Positions 33,945 through 34,709 of a stretch of DNA of 34,709 nt are shown here, piece by piece. A program made the translations under genes and the position numbers. The stretch's first letter is position 1. Each line of letters opens with the position of its first letter. Source of the stretch: Octopus bimaculoides (lineage: Eukaryota). Below the pieces are notes generated by a model. The model was not told where the DNA came from and did no database searches. It was given only the letters and a program-made list of their open reading frames with translations. The stretch is taken from positions 60,601,557 through 60,636,265 of the forward strand of contig NC_068990.1 of NCBI RefSeq assembly GCF_001194135.2. Reading direction: 5' to 3'.

Positions 33945-33960
33945 AGTATATATGTATACA
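33665..33960. repeat. (TA)/(CA)/(TG) microsatellite containing a gap
   Basis: Seen directly. Confidence 0.95.
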
Positions 33961-33965
33961 TGACA

Positions 33966-34263
33966 GACTTATTCTATCGGTCTCTTTTTGCTGAACCGCT
34001 AAGTTATGGGGACATAAACACACCAGCATCGGTTGTCAAGCAATGCTAGGGGGACAAACACAGACACACAAACATACACACACACAAACATACACACACA
34101 CAAACATACACACACACATACATATATACATATATACGACGGGCTTCTTTCAGTTTCCATCTACCAAATCCACTCACAAGGCTTTTGTCAGCCCGTTACA
34201 TTAGAAGACACCTGCCCAAGGTGCCACACAGTGGGACTGAACCGAGAACCATGTGGTTGGGAA
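33966..34263 (-). mobile_element. SINE type A lacking its extreme 3' tail
   Basis: TATTCTATCGGTCTC...GAACCGCTAAG...CA run...CAAATCCACTCACAAGGC...GAACCATGTGGTTGGGAA. Confidence 0.88.
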
Positions 34264-34547
34264 TATATAAAAAAAAAGATCGGATGGTTATGGCTAGATT
34301 TTCTTTGATGATATGTTTATTCATTCTGGGATGACCAGTAGATAAACAACGTCTACTCACAAAAGTAATATTTGTAGACTGGTGTGAATGAAAAAAATTG
34401 TAGTTAAAAATGAAATGATGTATATATTTCTAGTAAAAATAAGTCTGTTTTAAAATTCTAATAAAGCACTTAAAATATTTCTTAAAATAATAAAATTCCT
34501 TATATTCTACACAATGGTTATTCATTCATTTCTAATATTATCTATTC

Positions 34548-34649
34548 TTCCCAATCACATGGTCCTGGGTTCAGTTCCACATGACAATCCAGTGTCAACG
34601 AAAGCCTTGTGGGTGGATTTGGTAGACAGAAACTGAAAGAAGCCCATCG

Positions 34650-34709
<60 letters not shown>
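34548..34709 (+). mobile_element. SINE type A, 5' part running into (TA)/(CA)n at the window end
   Basis: TTCCCAATCACATGGTCCTGGGTTCAGTTCCAC...GCCTTGTGGGTGGATTTGGTAGACAGAAACTGAAAGAAGCCC. Confidence 0.8.

Noticed and set aside
8275-34308. Many 60-130 aa ORFs rich in YIYI/CVCV or matching SINE translations (e.g. FAEPLSYGD, FRLPNP)
   Set aside because: Products of microsatellites and SINE bodies, which have few stops.
1-34709. CRISPR arrays or prokaryotic operons
   Set aside because: No regularly spaced repeat-spacer structure and no dense ORFs; the sequence is plainly eukaryotic repeat-rich DNA.

Overview
AT-rich eukaryotic DNA dominated by transposable elements, (TA)/(CA) microsatellites and six N-gaps. 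The SINE and RTE-LINE families look like those of octopus (coleoid cephalopod); this taxon call is my recognition, not a database result. No intact protein-coding gene, RNA gene or CRISPR array can be supported. Well-supported elements: a full-length decayed mariner (2628-3853), a Tigger/pogo transposase relic (~7340-8260), a full-length decayed FLYWCH-MULE (~16311-18286), RTE and jockey/I-like LINE fragments, about 25 tRNA-head SINE copies of four types, three solo-LTR-like elements and several MITEs, some with target-site duplications (TSDs). The best non-repeat signals are a housekeeping-type promoter and first exon at ~1085-1306, a phase-consistent chain of decayed exons at ~19160-21026, and a frame-preserving candidate exon at 27046-27168. 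I found no convincing novel biological system, so the findings are leads.
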